Below are positions 8,771 through 18,156 of a stretch of DNA of 64,000 bases, piece by piece (position 1 is the stretch's first letter; each line of letters begins with the position of its first letter). Origin of the DNA: Dehalococcoidia bacterium (GTDB lineage Bacteria > Chloroflexota > Dehalococcoidia > Bin125); contig JAJDYG010000040.1 in the NCBI GenBank assembly GCA_022822855.1, positions 88,556 to 152,555 on the forward strand, given 5' to 3'. The translations under genes were made by a program, and so were the position numbers. The notes beneath the pieces were generated by a model. That model was not told the DNA's origin and did no database searches. It worked only from the letters and a program-made list of their open reading frames with translations.

Positions 8771-10286
8771 CCCCAAGGAGACCGTTTCCCAAGCGGATCT
8801 GGAGAATCTGGCCGAACTGCGGCGTCGACGGGACCAGTTTTTCGCCCCCAATCCGGAAGGCGACGAGCGCGCCCACAGCCGTGGCTTGCTGACTGCGAAC
8901 GAGCGGATCGAACTGCTGCTCGATCCGGGCAGCCAGTGGGCGTTCAGCTATGGGCTCGGACCGACTCCGCTCCAACTTGGCTTTGGCGAGATCCACGGTC
9001 GGCCGGTGCTGTACAAAGCGCACGATTCGTCCGCTGGAGCGGGCGCCTACAACCTGCGCTCGCGGGTCAACATGCGCGCCGTCGGACACATCGTCGACAA
9101 GGCCGCGCTGCCCATGTTCTACCTCTTCCAGGGAGCGGGCGGGCAGATCGAGGACCACGTCATGTCTTCGGGCTTCTCCGCCGTCGGCGGCCAGAACGTG
9201 GGCGCGCGCTCGAGCGTGCCCCGACGAGGCGGCGTGTTCACGGCGATCCTGGGCAACTCGTTCGCGCCTTGGGCAGCGTCGGTAGCCGATTTTTCGGTGA
9301 TGACGCCTCGGGCGACCGCGACGTTTGTCAGCCCGTTCATCATCGAGTTCGCTACCGGAAAACGCCCCGACCTCTACGAGATGGGCGGCGTCGACGTCCA
9401 CACCAAGCTGACCGGCCAGATCTGTCGTCGCGCAGAGGACGAAGCCGAAGCAATGGAAACACTGCGCACCTGCTTCTCCTACCTGCCCGGCCATGCCTTT
9501 GAGTCCGCGCCGCGGATCATGAGCGGCGACCCGAAGGACCGCTGCGACGAAGAGCTGCGCACGTTGGTGCCGAAGTATCCGAACCGGCCCTACGAAGTTC
9601 GCAAGATCATCGAGCGGGTCGTCGACAGGGGCAGCTTCTTCGAGTGGCAGCCTGAGTTCGGGATGAACCTGGTGACGGGATTCGCCCGGCTCGATGGTCA
9701 CACCATCGCGATCATGGCGAATCAGCCGAAGGTGCGCGGTGGGGCGATCGACATGAATGCTCTGTTCAAAGCGCGGAGGATCGTCAAGACGGCGCGGACC
9801 TTCTCGCTGCCGCTACTGACCTTCTGCGACACGCCGGGGATCATGACGACGCAAGAAGAGGAGCACAAGGGTCTGCTGACCGAGACCACGGTCTACATCT
9901 CGGAGAAGATGGAGTCGGAAGTGCCGACCGTCTGTGTGACGCTGGGTAAGGGCATCGGGATGGGCTACTTCATCATGGGTTGCAGCGATCCCGAGGCGAT
10001 CACGCTCTCCTGGCCAACGACGCAGATTGCCTACCTGGGCCCCGAGGGCGGCGCGGCGGTCGTGCATCGCAAGAGGCTGGCGGAAGTTGAAGAGCCGGAC
10101 GATCATCGTCTGATGCTGGATGAGCTGGCCGAACCCTTCCGCCGCAACATGAACCCCTGGCGCGGCGCTCAGATGGCGACGATCGACAACATCATCGACC
10201 CCGCCGAGACGAGGCCGCGCGCGATCCAGGCGTTCGATGCGCTGCGGCGCAAATCCGGCTCGCGAGGACGAGGAGGACGCAGGTGA
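8757..10286 (+). CDS. Acyl-CoA carboxylase carboxyltransferase (beta) subunit, PccB/AccD-like
   Basis: ORF 8634..10286 overlaps ThuA by 137 nt at its ATG. The in-frame GTG at 8757 gives VSTVSPKETVSQADLENLAELRRRRDQFF...RGLLTANERIELLLDPGSQW, the canonical CT N-terminus, followed by a full CT domain. Confidence 0.75.
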   Translation: MSTVSPKETVSQADLENLAELRRRRDQFFAPNPEGDERAHSRGLLTANERIELLLDPGSQWAFSYGLGPTPLQLGFGEIHGRPVLYKAHDSSAGAGAYNLRSRVNMRAVGHIVDKAALPMFYLFQGAGGQIEDHVMSSGFSAVGGQNVGARSSVPRRGGVFTAILGNSFAPWAASVADFSVMTPRATATFVSPFIIEFATGKRPDLYEMGGVDVHTKLTGQICRRAEDEAEAMETLRTCFSYLPGHAFESAPRIMSGDPKDRCDEELRTLVPKYPNRPYEVRKIIERVVDRGSFFEWQPEFGMNLVTGFARLDGHTIAIMANQPKVRGGAIDMNALFKARRIVKTARTFSLPLLTFCDTPGIMTTQEEEHKGLLTETTVYISEKMESEVPTVCVTLGKGIGMGYFIMGCSDPEAITLSWPTTQIAYLGPEGGAAVVHRKRLAEVEEPDDHRLMLDELAEPFRRNMNPWRGAQMATIDNIIDPAETRPRAIQAFDALRRKSGSRGRGGRR

Positions 10287-10330
10287 CGACCAGATCCAAG
10301 CGACACGTCAGTCCCGAGAAAAACCTGACC

Positions 10331-11716
10331 ATGGCCGAACGCCTGGAGCGTGTCGATCAGGAGCGGGCCCATATCGACGCGTTCGACCGCGACCGCGAGC
10401 TGCAGCCCGGTCAGCTGACTCCGCGCGCTCGGATTGCGGCGCTGGTCGATGAGGACTCGTTCCTGGAAATCGGGGCGTTCGCCAAGAGTCAGCATCGCGA
10501 CGTGGCTGCGGAGACTCCAGCTGACGGGGTGATCACGGGCTACGCGGAGATCGATGAGCGGCGCGTCGTCGTGCTGGCCGAGGATCCGGTCGCGCTGGCT
10601 GCAACCGATGCGCAGGTCGGCAAGAACAAGCGCAACCGGATGATCTCGAACGCGATCTATCGTCGCTTGCCGATCGTCTACCTCGCCGACGGCACACCAG
10701 AGGAGTCGCCAGAGTTCGACATGCACCGGGGTTTCCTGCTCAGCCGGGTGGCTGATCAGCTTCCGGCTCGCGACATCGCCGAGCGCGAGGCGCCCTTGGT
10801 CACGGTCGCCTGCGGGATGTGCGCGGGGCAGAACAGTTCGCTGGCGGTGAGGTCGGACCTGCTCGTCGCGACCACGCATGCGCGCTTCGGAGCGTCCGAC
10901 GGATCTCCTGACGCCGTGGCCGACGTGGTGCTCGGGAGCGACGCCGAGGCCATCGCTGCGGCTCAGCGCTTTCTGAGCACGCTGCCGGAGGAGTTGGATA
11001 CGCCGCTCGAGCCGCTGACTTACAACCCCGCCGGACCGACGAACATTCTGCTCGACGAGTACATGGATGCGACGCCGGAGGAACAATTCGAGTCGATCTT
11101 CGACGGCGAAGGGGCGGTGTTGTTGACTGAGATCGAATCGAATTGTGTCGTCGGTCTGGGACGGATCGAGGGTTTCCCGGTCGCATTCGCGTTGACCGGC
11201 GGTTCCCCCCGCGCCTCGCTGACCACGACGGACATGAAGCGGATTGCGAAAGCCGCCTCGTGGAGCGCGGATTATCAGATCCCGTTCATCTCCACGCAGG
11301 ACACGCTCGGCTACGACCCCTCCGATGCAGCAACGGCGGAGTTCATGTTCGCCGCCGCCCGCGCCGTCGAGTCGTTGCGGGCCTCGCACGCTGCCAAGAT
11401 CACGATCATCACCGGCTGGGGTCACGCGCTCGGCGACTTCGCGCTCGGCGGCCTGGGCACCGGCTTCGATTTCATCTGGTCCTGGCCCTCGGCCCGACTG
11501 GCCGCGACCGATAGTCCCGGCTATCTGGCTCGCGACCCGGAGTCACCGCCCTCGGAAGGGCCCTGGGAGGCAGCGGAGTTGGGGTTGGTCTCGGAGATGA
11601 TCACGCCAGGGGATTTGCGAGAGTGGCTCGCTCGGGCGCTGCGATTGCTCGGACCCGGAAGGGCGCTGCCGGCCGCCCACTACGACCGCGGCCAGCAGAT
11701 CCACGACATGACATAG
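10331..11716 (+). CDS. Divergent carboxyltransferase-domain paralog (possible second CT subunit, or a non-catalytic partner)
   Basis: MAERLERVDQERAHIDAFDRDRELQPGQLTPRARIAALVDEDSFLEIG repeats the CT N-terminal pattern. The alternative GTG start at 10283 overlaps the upstream stop (GTGA). About 460-477 aa, with markedly diverged internal motifs. Confidence 0.6.
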   Translation: MAERLERVDQERAHIDAFDRDRELQPGQLTPRARIAALVDEDSFLEIGAFAKSQHRDVAAETPADGVITGYAEIDERRVVVLAEDPVALAATDAQVGKNKRNRMISNAIYRRLPIVYLADGTPEESPEFDMHRGFLLSRVADQLPARDIAEREAPLVTVACGMCAGQNSSLAVRSDLLVATTHARFGASDGSPDAVADVVLGSDAEAIAAAQRFLSTLPEELDTPLEPLTYNPAGPTNILLDEYMDATPEEQFESIFDGEGAVLLTEIESNCVVGLGRIEGFPVAFALTGGSPRASLTTTDMKRIAKAASWSADYQIPFISTQDTLGYDPSDAATAEFMFAAARAVESLRASHAAKITIITGWGHALGDFALGGLGTGFDFIWSWPSARLAATDSPGYLARDPESPPSEGPWEAAELGLVSEMITPGDLREWLARALRLLGPGRALPAAHYDRGQQIHDMT

Positions 11717-11783
11717 TCGCCAGGGGCGCCGCGAGGCGCGATCCCAATCTCCCACCACTCTTGAGAGACAGAGAAACCAAGTT

Positions 11784-12608
11784 ATGACCTACACCGCCGT
11801 CGAGTTTGAGACCAACGGACCAATCGCCACGATCACGATGGATCGACCTGAGAAGCGCAACGCGCTCAACCACGCCCTGCTCGACGACCTGCTCGCCGCG
11901 CTGAACGAGGTCGCCGAGGACGACTCGCTCAAGGTCGCCATCCTGCGCGCCAACGGGCCAACCTTCAGCGCCGGCTATGACATCGACGGCAGCCCGTACA
12001 TCAATCCTCCCGACGGCGGGACGGAATGGAACATTGTCAACGGACACAAGCATCAGCGGATCATGCGCGGCATCTACGAGGCGATCTGGGACAACCCCAA
12101 GGTGATCATCGCCCAGATTCACGGTCACGCGATTGCTGGCGGGATGTACATCTCCATGCTCTGCGACCTCGTGGTCGCGGCAGAGGACGCCAAGATCGGC
12201 GAACCGTACATGCGTATGGGCGGCGCCAGTTCGATTCCGTTCTGGAGTTACCTAGTCGGACCGCGTCGAGCCAACGACATGCTTTTCACCGGCCGCGTGC
12301 TCTCGGGCAAGGAAGCCGAAGAGTGGGGTCTGGTCACGCGCAGCGTGCCCGCAGCGGAGCTGGACGAGACGGTGCAGGCGATGGCCCAGAGCGTCGCCGA
12401 AGCACCGCTGGCCAGTCTGCTGACCAAGAAGGAGATGTGGCACACGCAGGCGGACATGCTCGGCTGGGGCGCGCAGTTCCGCTACACGACCAGCCTCAAC
12501 TCGTGGCTTCGGATGGCTCCGCCGCCGCCCGACAGCCGAGGCGGCATGCGCGATTTCATGAACGAACGCAAAGCCCAGCAGGCACGCGGCGAGTCGACCG
12601 ATTACTAG
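11784..12608 (+). CDS. Enoyl-CoA hydratase/isomerase (crotonase) family protein
   Basis: IATITMDRPEKRNALN, KVAILRANGPTFSAGYDI and IAQIHGHAIAGGMYISMLCDLVVAAEDAKIG form the crotonase fold. Confidence 0.8.
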   Translation: MTYTAVEFETNGPIATITMDRPEKRNALNHALLDDLLAALNEVAEDDSLKVAILRANGPTFSAGYDIDGSPYINPPDGGTEWNIVNGHKHQRIMRGIYEAIWDNPKVIIAQIHGHAIAGGMYISMLCDLVVAAEDAKIGEPYMRMGGASSIPFWSYLVGPRRANDMLFTGRVLSGKEAEEWGLVTRSVPAAELDETVQAMAQSVAEAPLASLLTKKEMWHTQADMLGWGAQFRYTTSLNSWLRMAPPPPDSRGGMRDFMNERKAQQARGESTDY

Positions 12609-14017
12609 ACCTCCGGATTACGCATGAAGTCCGTCGCCTGCTCGTAGGCGTAGCCGACACGGCAGAGGGCCTGCTCGCTGCCCAGCGGACCGACGAGCTG
12701 CAGCGCGATCGGCAGACCCTGTTCGCTCCAGCCGATCGGCAGGGTCAGCGACGGCGCCCGGTTCATGTCCCAGGGCGCGGTGTATTGCAGCCGCGACCAC
12801 TGGAACTCGCCCGGCGTGTCGTCGTACATCATGTCCTCGGTCACCTGGTGCGGCAGCGTGCCCTGAGCCGGACAGGCCAGCATGTCGATGCCGGCGAATG
12901 CCCGAGCGATCTTGCCGCGTAGCTCTTCACGACGGATGCAGGCCGCGGCGTACTCGGTGGCGCTGACCGATGACCCCAGTTCCAACCACGCGCCGAACCA
13001 GTTGCCGTAGTCGTCGGCGCGGCTCGGATAGTTGTCGAGATGGGCATACAACGCCTCGACCGAGCAGAGCGTCGGCCAGTCGGGCATGTAGGGACTGAAG
13101 TCGGGCAGTTCGACCTCGACGATCTCTGCGCCCAGCGAGGCCAGGGTCTCGACAGATCCCGCCACCGCCTCGGCGATCGGCGGGATCACGTCCTCGGTCG
13201 CATAGCGGCGGTCATAGCCGATCCGCATACCCGCGACGCCGGCGTCGATGCCCTCGAGCATGGCCGGCGCCGGTTCCGGCAGCGTGGTTGGATCGTTCGG
13301 GTCGTCGCCGGCGATCACTTCGAGCGTCGCGGCACAATCCCAGGTCGAGCGGCACATCGGCCCGACGTGGTCGAGCGACTGCGCCAGGTCGAGCACGCCG
13401 TAGCGGCTGACCCGACCCCAGGTCGGCTTCAGGCCGACGATGCCGCAGGATGCCGATGGAGCGCGAATCGAGCCGCCGGTGTCGCTGCCCAGCGATGCGT
13501 AGCAGAGTCCGGCCGCTGTGGCCACGCCCGAGCCGCTCGACGACACCCCCGTCCAACGGTCGGAGGCCCAGGGATTGACCGGCACCTGCCGCGCCCGGTT
13601 GTAGCCGGCCATCGCGCCCTCGGTCAGGTTGAGTTTGCCCAGCAAGACCGCGCCGGCCTGCTTGAACCGCGCCACGACGGTCGAGTCGAAGTCGGGGACG
13701 AAATCCTCCAGTACCTTGGTCCCGCCCATCGTGCGCACGCCGGTCGTGTAGCAGAGGTCCTTGACAGCGATCGGAATGCCGTGCAACGGGCCTCGGTAGT
13801 TGCCGGACGCGATTTCATCCTGCGCCTGCTGAGCTTCGGCCAGCGCCGATTCGGCCATGACGGTGGCATAACTCTTCAGTCGCCCATCAGCGGCTGCAAT
13901 GCGGTCCAACTGAGCCTGAGTCAACTCAACCGGAGACAGCTCTCCTGAGGCAACTCGTGGTGCAAGTTCTTCAATCGTGGCGTAGGCGAGATCGTCGGTC
14001 ATCATCTGCTCCTTCAT
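12605..14017 (-). CDS. Amidase (amidase-signature family, GatA-like)
   Basis: 470 aa; [56 protein letters not shown] is the AS-family Ser-cisSer-Lys signature. Confidence 0.85.
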   Translation of the reverse strand: [470 protein letters not shown]

Positions 14018-14126
14018 CTGTCACGTGGACGGGCAACCACAAGGGTTGCCCCTACAGCTTGCGTCGGGATGTAGGGGCGGCCCTCGTGGCCGTCCGCCCG
14101 GCAGCCTTGTCGGCAACCAGTCACGG

Positions 14127-14873
14127 CTACGGAATCCCGATCAACTCCGTGTCGGCGCCGAACCAGATCGTTCCGTCGCGGTCCACGAGCGGGCCGAATG
14201 CGTCGGGCGTGATGGTCTCGCCGTATCGGGCCCAGCCGGATGGGTCGCGGAAGTAGAGTTCGGCCATGCCCGCGTACGGCTCGTCATCCGGATCGATGCT
14301 GTGGCTGACGACGTAGCGCAGGCCGCCGATCTCGTTCATCACGTTCCGCACGTTCGGCGCATGCGCCTCCAGCCAGACGCCGAAGAACTCGCTCCAGTCG
14401 ACGCCGGCCTTCGCCTTGACCAGGAAGGTGACCTTGTAGAGGTTGCTGCGCGTCGTGGGGAACGGCTCGTTCAGGGTCAACGGGACGACCGGCAGATCCT
14501 CCGCCCCGTCGATCACGACGTGCTCGGTCGTCGCCCAGGGGACGAACGGCTCAACCTTCTGGTCGAAGGTGTCCCGCGGCTCGGTGAACATCAGGCCGTC
14601 GGGCTTGCGCAGCGGCTTGTCGAACCAGAGCTGGGCCATGCCGTCGAACATCGGTCGCGGCTTGTGCTCGCCTTGCTGGCCGTTGAACAGCGTGACCAGG
14701 TACTTGCGCGCCGGTTTGCGCCCGGCCGCCTTGGCGGCCTCTTGCGCCTCGAGCACTCCGGGCATGTGGTTCTTGTACCAATGCGCGAACATCTCGTCGC
14801 GCGTGGCGTCCTCGCGCCGGCGGATCATGAACATCATCTTGGCGCCGGGGGTTGTGCTGATCGCTTCAGTCAT
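14127..14873 (-). CDS. Tandem EthD-domain (dimeric alpha/beta-barrel) protein, function unknown
   Basis: Two EthD-like halves: MMFMIRRREDATRDEMFAHWYKNHMPG...GMAQLWFD and YKVTFLVKAKAGVDWSEFFGVWLEAHAPNV...YAGMAELYFRD. The long antisense + ORF 14025..15323 is rejected. Confidence 0.5.
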   Translation of the reverse strand: MTEAISTTPGAKMMFMIRRREDATRDEMFAHWYKNHMPGVLEAQEAAKAAGRKPARKYLVTLFNGQQGEHKPRPMFDGMAQLWFDKPLRKPDGLMFTEPRDTFDQKVEPFVPWATTEHVVIDGAEDLPVVPLTLNEPFPTTRSNLYKVTFLVKAKAGVDWSEFFGVWLEAHAPNVRNVMNEIGGLRYVVSHSIDPDDEPYAGMAELYFRDPSGWARYGETITPDAFGPLVDRDGTIWFGADTELIGIP

Positions 14874-15062
14874 GGTCGACTCCTCCCCGTCAGGCTCGGA
14901 CCAGTGGAGTTGTGGCCGAGTCTAGGGCTATTCAGATTGGCTCCTTTGCCCTGCGCGGGCTGTCAACGAGCGGGATTCGGGCCGGCGCAGGGAAACTCAT
15001 CGAGAATGTTGGCCGAATCGCGCGAATCTGGCGCTGTGGGCTGGGAATTCGCGCTTCGGGAT

Positions 15063-15165
15063 GTCAGATTTGGTCAGAACCCGTCAGATTTTGTCGGGAC
15101 GAGGTCAGATGCGGGCGGGTTTCGTCGGCGCCCGGGCAGGTATCGCTGGGTGATGTCAGGTGGGT
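15063..15165. repeat. Cluster of four GTCAGRT(T)TTGTC-like direct repeats in the 500-nt leader of the phospho-lyase/kinase operon (putative operator array)
   Basis: ggatGTCAGATttgGTCAGaacccGTCAGATtttgtcgggacgagGTCAGATgcggg ... tgatGTCAGgtggg, read directly from the sequence. Confidence 0.3.
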
Positions 15166-15379
15166 TGGCGGGGTTCATAGTGCGCTCCTGGGTTGTTGGC
15201 CGTGGTTGGATATCGTTGATTGTATTCGCACGAACGTTCTTCTACGCGGTCGTGGTGTGTCGGGGACGACGGTCGCCAGACGGAGGGCAAGGCGGAGCGA
15301 TCGCCTCGGCGCGCCTGACGTGAACAGGCCCCGGGCGGCGGAGCTTGCATCCGTCGGGCGGAGCGCTCACAATCCCTGC

Positions 15380-16663
15380 ATGACTACTCCATCCACCCAA
15401 GACCTGCTCGCCCGCCGGGAACGGCTGCTCGGAGCGGGCGTCGCCACCTTCTACGAGAATCCCGTGCACATCGTGCGCGGCGAGGGCGTCTGGCTCTACG
15501 ACGCCGACGGCCGCCGTTATCTCGACCTCTACAACAACGTGCCCTGCGTCGGCCACGCGCATCCTCGCGTCGTCGAGGCGATGCAGCGCCAGACCGAGAC
15601 GCTCAATGTCCACTCGCGCTACCTGCACGAAGGCATCCTCGACTACGCCGAACACCTGACCTCGCTGCACGCCGATCACATCACGACGGCCGTGTTCACC
15701 TGCAGCGGCACGGAGGCGAACGAGGTCGCGATCCTGATGGCCCGGGCCGCGACCGGAGGCCGAGGTCTGATCTACACGCAGGCCGCCTATCACGGCAACT
15801 CGACCGAGGTGCGCAAGCTCTCGCGGTTGCGCGGCGACAACGAGCCCGAGTTCCGCTCGATTCCCGTGCCGCAGCGCTACCGGCCGATCGAGGATGGCCT
15901 TGACGACAGCGCGCTGACCGATGCGTATCTGTCTCGGTTGCAGGCCGAGATCGATGGTTTCGCCGCCGATGGGATTCCCTTTGCGGGGATGATGGCCTGC
16001 TCGATCCTCGCCAACGAAGGATTGCCCGACATCCCGCCTGGTTTCATGGGGCGCGCGGCCGATCTGGTGCGCGAAGCGGGCGGCGTGTTCATCGCCGACG
16101 AGGTGCAGGCCGGCTTCGCCCGCTCGGGCAACTGGTGGGGCTACGAGACGACGGGGGTGACGCCGGACATCGTCAGCATGGGCAAGCCGATGGGCAACGG
16201 CCTCCCGCTCGCCGGCGTGGTTGCGTCGAGGGAGATGGTCGACACCTTCCGCCAGAGAACCCGCTACTTCAACACTTTCGCCTCGAGCCCGCTGCAAGCC
16301 GCCGTCGGACAGGCCGTGCTCGACGTGATCGAGGACGAGGGGCTGGTCGAGAGTGTGGCCGATGTCGGCGGATATCTGATCGACAACCTGCGCTCGTTGC
16401 AGGAAAGCTGCGAGCCGATGTCGGATGTGCGCGGGCATGGGTTGTTCATCGGCATGGAGTGGGTCAAGGATCGCGAGAGCAAGGAGCCGGATCCCGAGGG
16501 CGCGGAAGTGATCGTCAATCGCCTTCGCGATACGGGATTCCTCATGGGCCGCGCCGGTGAACACGGCAATGTGCTCAAGGTGCGTCCACCGCTGGTCCTT
16601 AAGCGCGAGCAGGCCGATATGTTCCTCGAAGCGTTCGAGACAGCGATCGCCGAACCGACCTGA
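15380..16663 (+). CDS. Class-III (ornithine/GABA-type) PLP-dependent aminotransferase-fold enzyme; possibly a phospho-lyase (AGXT2L-like) given the adjacent kinase.
   Basis: Start at ATG 15380 (MTTPSTQDLLARRERLL...). Class-III AT features: LYDADGRRYLDLYNNVPCVGHAHPRVVEAM, CSGTEANEVAILMARAATGG, IADEVQAGFARSGNWWGYE, SMGKPMGNGLPLAGV. The 468 nt upstream of the ORF-track start are rejected as leader. Confidence 0.8.
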   Translation: MTTPSTQDLLARRERLLGAGVATFYENPVHIVRGEGVWLYDADGRRYLDLYNNVPCVGHAHPRVVEAMQRQTETLNVHSRYLHEGILDYAEHLTSLHADHITTAVFTCSGTEANEVAILMARAATGGRGLIYTQAAYHGNSTEVRKLSRLRGDNEPEFRSIPVPQRYRPIEDGLDDSALTDAYLSRLQAEIDGFAADGIPFAGMMACSILANEGLPDIPPGFMGRAADLVREAGGVFIADEVQAGFARSGNWWGYETTGVTPDIVSMGKPMGNGLPLAGVVASREMVDTFRQRTRYFNTFASSPLQAAVGQAVLDVIEDEGLVESVADVGGYLIDNLRSLQESCEPMSDVRGHGLFIGMEWVKDRESKEPDPEGAEVIVNRLRDTGFLMGRAGEHGNVLKVRPPLVLKREQADMFLEAFETAIAEPT

Positions 16664-16667
16664 TTCG

Positions 16668-17669
16668 ATGCCCGAGCCGACGAATCTCAGCGACGCCGAT
16701 CTGTATGCGATCGCGCGTCAATCCCTGCCGCGCTGGGGACTGAGACCGGACGCGATCGAGTTGGTCTCACGCAGCGAGAACACGGTCTTTCGGCTCGACA
16801 TGCCCGATGGACAGCGCTACGCGCTGCGGATTCACCGCCCGGGCTATCACACGCTGCCCGAGCTAGAGTCGGAGCTGCTCTGGACCCAGGCGCTCAACGA
16901 AGCTGGCATTCGCGTGCCGGTCGGCGTGCAAACCCTGGACGGTCCCGGATACGCCACGATCGCGACGCCGGACGGCGAGTCGAGCCGCGCCGTCGGACTG
17001 GTCAACTGGCTCGATGGCGAGCTGCTGAGTTCGGTGATCGAAGCGGAAACGGATGAGCCAACGATCGTCGAGCACTTTCGTCAGATCGGACCGGTGCTCG
17101 CCGCCATGAACAACCAGGCCAGCGATTGGACCCCTCCGGCCGGGTTCACGCGTCATGCCTTCGATGTCCCCGGCTATGTCGGCGAGTCGCCATTCTGGGG
17201 CCGGTTCTGGGATGTACCGCCGCTCACGGCGGCACAGCGTGAACTGCTCGCCGGAGCGCGCGAGCAGATTCGTCAAACGCTGAACGAGTACGGCAAGGAT
17301 CGCGGCACGTACTCGATGATTCATGCCGACTTGCACGCACACAACATTCTGATCGACCCGTCTGGCGCGTTGCAGGCGTTCGACTTCGACGACGCCGGAT
17401 TCGGCTGGCATCAGTACGACCTGGCGGTTGTGTTGTTCGGACTCGAGGAACTGCCGTACTTCGACGCGATCGCCGATGCAATCGTGGCCGGTTATCGCTC
17501 GATTCGGCCCTTCAGCGACGAAGCGCTGTCGCTGCTGCCGCTGTTCCTGTTGATTCGCCGGCTGGTGCTGATCTCCTGGCAGTGGGATCGGCCGGAGTTG
17601 GGCCGGCGAAACGGACTGGACGCCTACATCGCGGACGCCTGCGAGCGGGTCGAGGACTTTGCCTTCTAG
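16668..17669 (+). CDS. Aminoglycoside-phosphotransferase (APH)-fold small-molecule kinase (hydroxylysine-kinase / homoserine-kinase-II-like)
   Basis: ATG at 16668 lies 4 nt after the aminotransferase stop (translational coupling). IHADLHAHNILIDPSGALQAFDFDDAGFGWHQYDLA is the APH catalytic/Brenner motif. Confidence 0.75.
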   Translation: MPEPTNLSDADLYAIARQSLPRWGLRPDAIELVSRSENTVFRLDMPDGQRYALRIHRPGYHTLPELESELLWTQALNEAGIRVPVGVQTLDGPGYATIATPDGESSRAVGLVNWLDGELLSSVIEAETDEPTIVEHFRQIGPVLAAMNNQASDWTPPAGFTRHAFDVPGYVGESPFWGRFWDVPPLTAAQRELLAGAREQIRQTLNEYGKDRGTYSMIHADLHAHNILIDPSGALQAFDFDDAGFGWHQYDLAVVLFGLEELPYFDAIADAIVAGYRSIRPFSDEALSLLPLFLLIRRLVLISWQWDRPELGRRNGLDAYIADACERVEDFAF

Positions 17670-17691
17670 GACGCCGATCTTCGCGCCCCGC

Positions 17692-17739
17692 TTGACATCT
17701 ACCGACGGCCTGTGTAGTTTACCGGCAGGTTAGATAACC
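17692..17739 (+). promoter_or_regulatory. Sigma-70-like promoter (TTGACA-17nt-TAGTTT) with a downstream inverted repeat GGTTAGATAACC, a candidate ArsR operator upstream of arsR
   Basis: TTGACA at 17692-17697 and TAGTTT at 17715-17720 with a 17-nt spacer. The palindrome ggttagataacc lies at 17728-17739, just upstream of the GTG start at 17755. Confidence 0.35.
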
Positions 17740-17754
17740 GATTGGTGAAATATA

Positions 17755-18120
17755 GTGCCGACCGCCGCTCCAACCCGCGATCCGCTCAGCGCCACCTTCG
17801 CGGCGCTGGCCGATCCTACCCGGCGTGCGATCCTCACGACCCTCGCCGGTGGCGAGGCGTCGGTGACCGAGCTGGCTGAGCCGTTCGACATGACCCTGCC
17901 GGCCGTTTCCAAGCACCTCAAGGTCCTCGAGCGCGCCGGACTAATTGAACGCAGCAGCCGGGCTCAATGGCGGCCCTGCCGTCTCTCGCCGGAACCGCTC
18001 AAGGAAGTCTCCGACTGGGTCGAGCCCTACCGGAAGATCTGGGAAGAACGCCTCGATCGTCTCGACGACTACCTGAGCGACCTGAAGAGCGGGATCAACA
18101 CCGGTCCACCGGCCGAGTAA
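17755..18120 (+). CDS. ArsR/SmtB-family metalloregulatory transcriptional repressor
   Basis: LADPTRRAILTTLAGGEASVTELAEPFDMTLPAVSKHLKVLERAGLIE is the winged-HTH ArsR signature. Confidence 0.8.
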   Translation: MPTAAPTRDPLSATFAALADPTRRAILTTLAGGEASVTELAEPFDMTLPAVSKHLKVLERAGLIERSSRAQWRPCRLSPEPLKEVSDWVEPYRKIWEERLDRLDDYLSDLKSGINTGPPAE

Positions 18121-18156
18121 TCGATACAGCAGCAGACCAGAGGACAGGAGCCTGAG

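Noticed and set aside
10169-11425. 418-aa minus-strand ORF
   Set aside because: Antisense to the second carboxyltransferase gene. Low-complexity R/G/D-rich.
14025-15323. 432-aa + strand ORF covering the EthD gene and the 500-nt leader
   Set aside because: Antisense to the EthD-domain gene for its first half, then runs through intergenic DNA. R/G-rich composition with no recognisable family.
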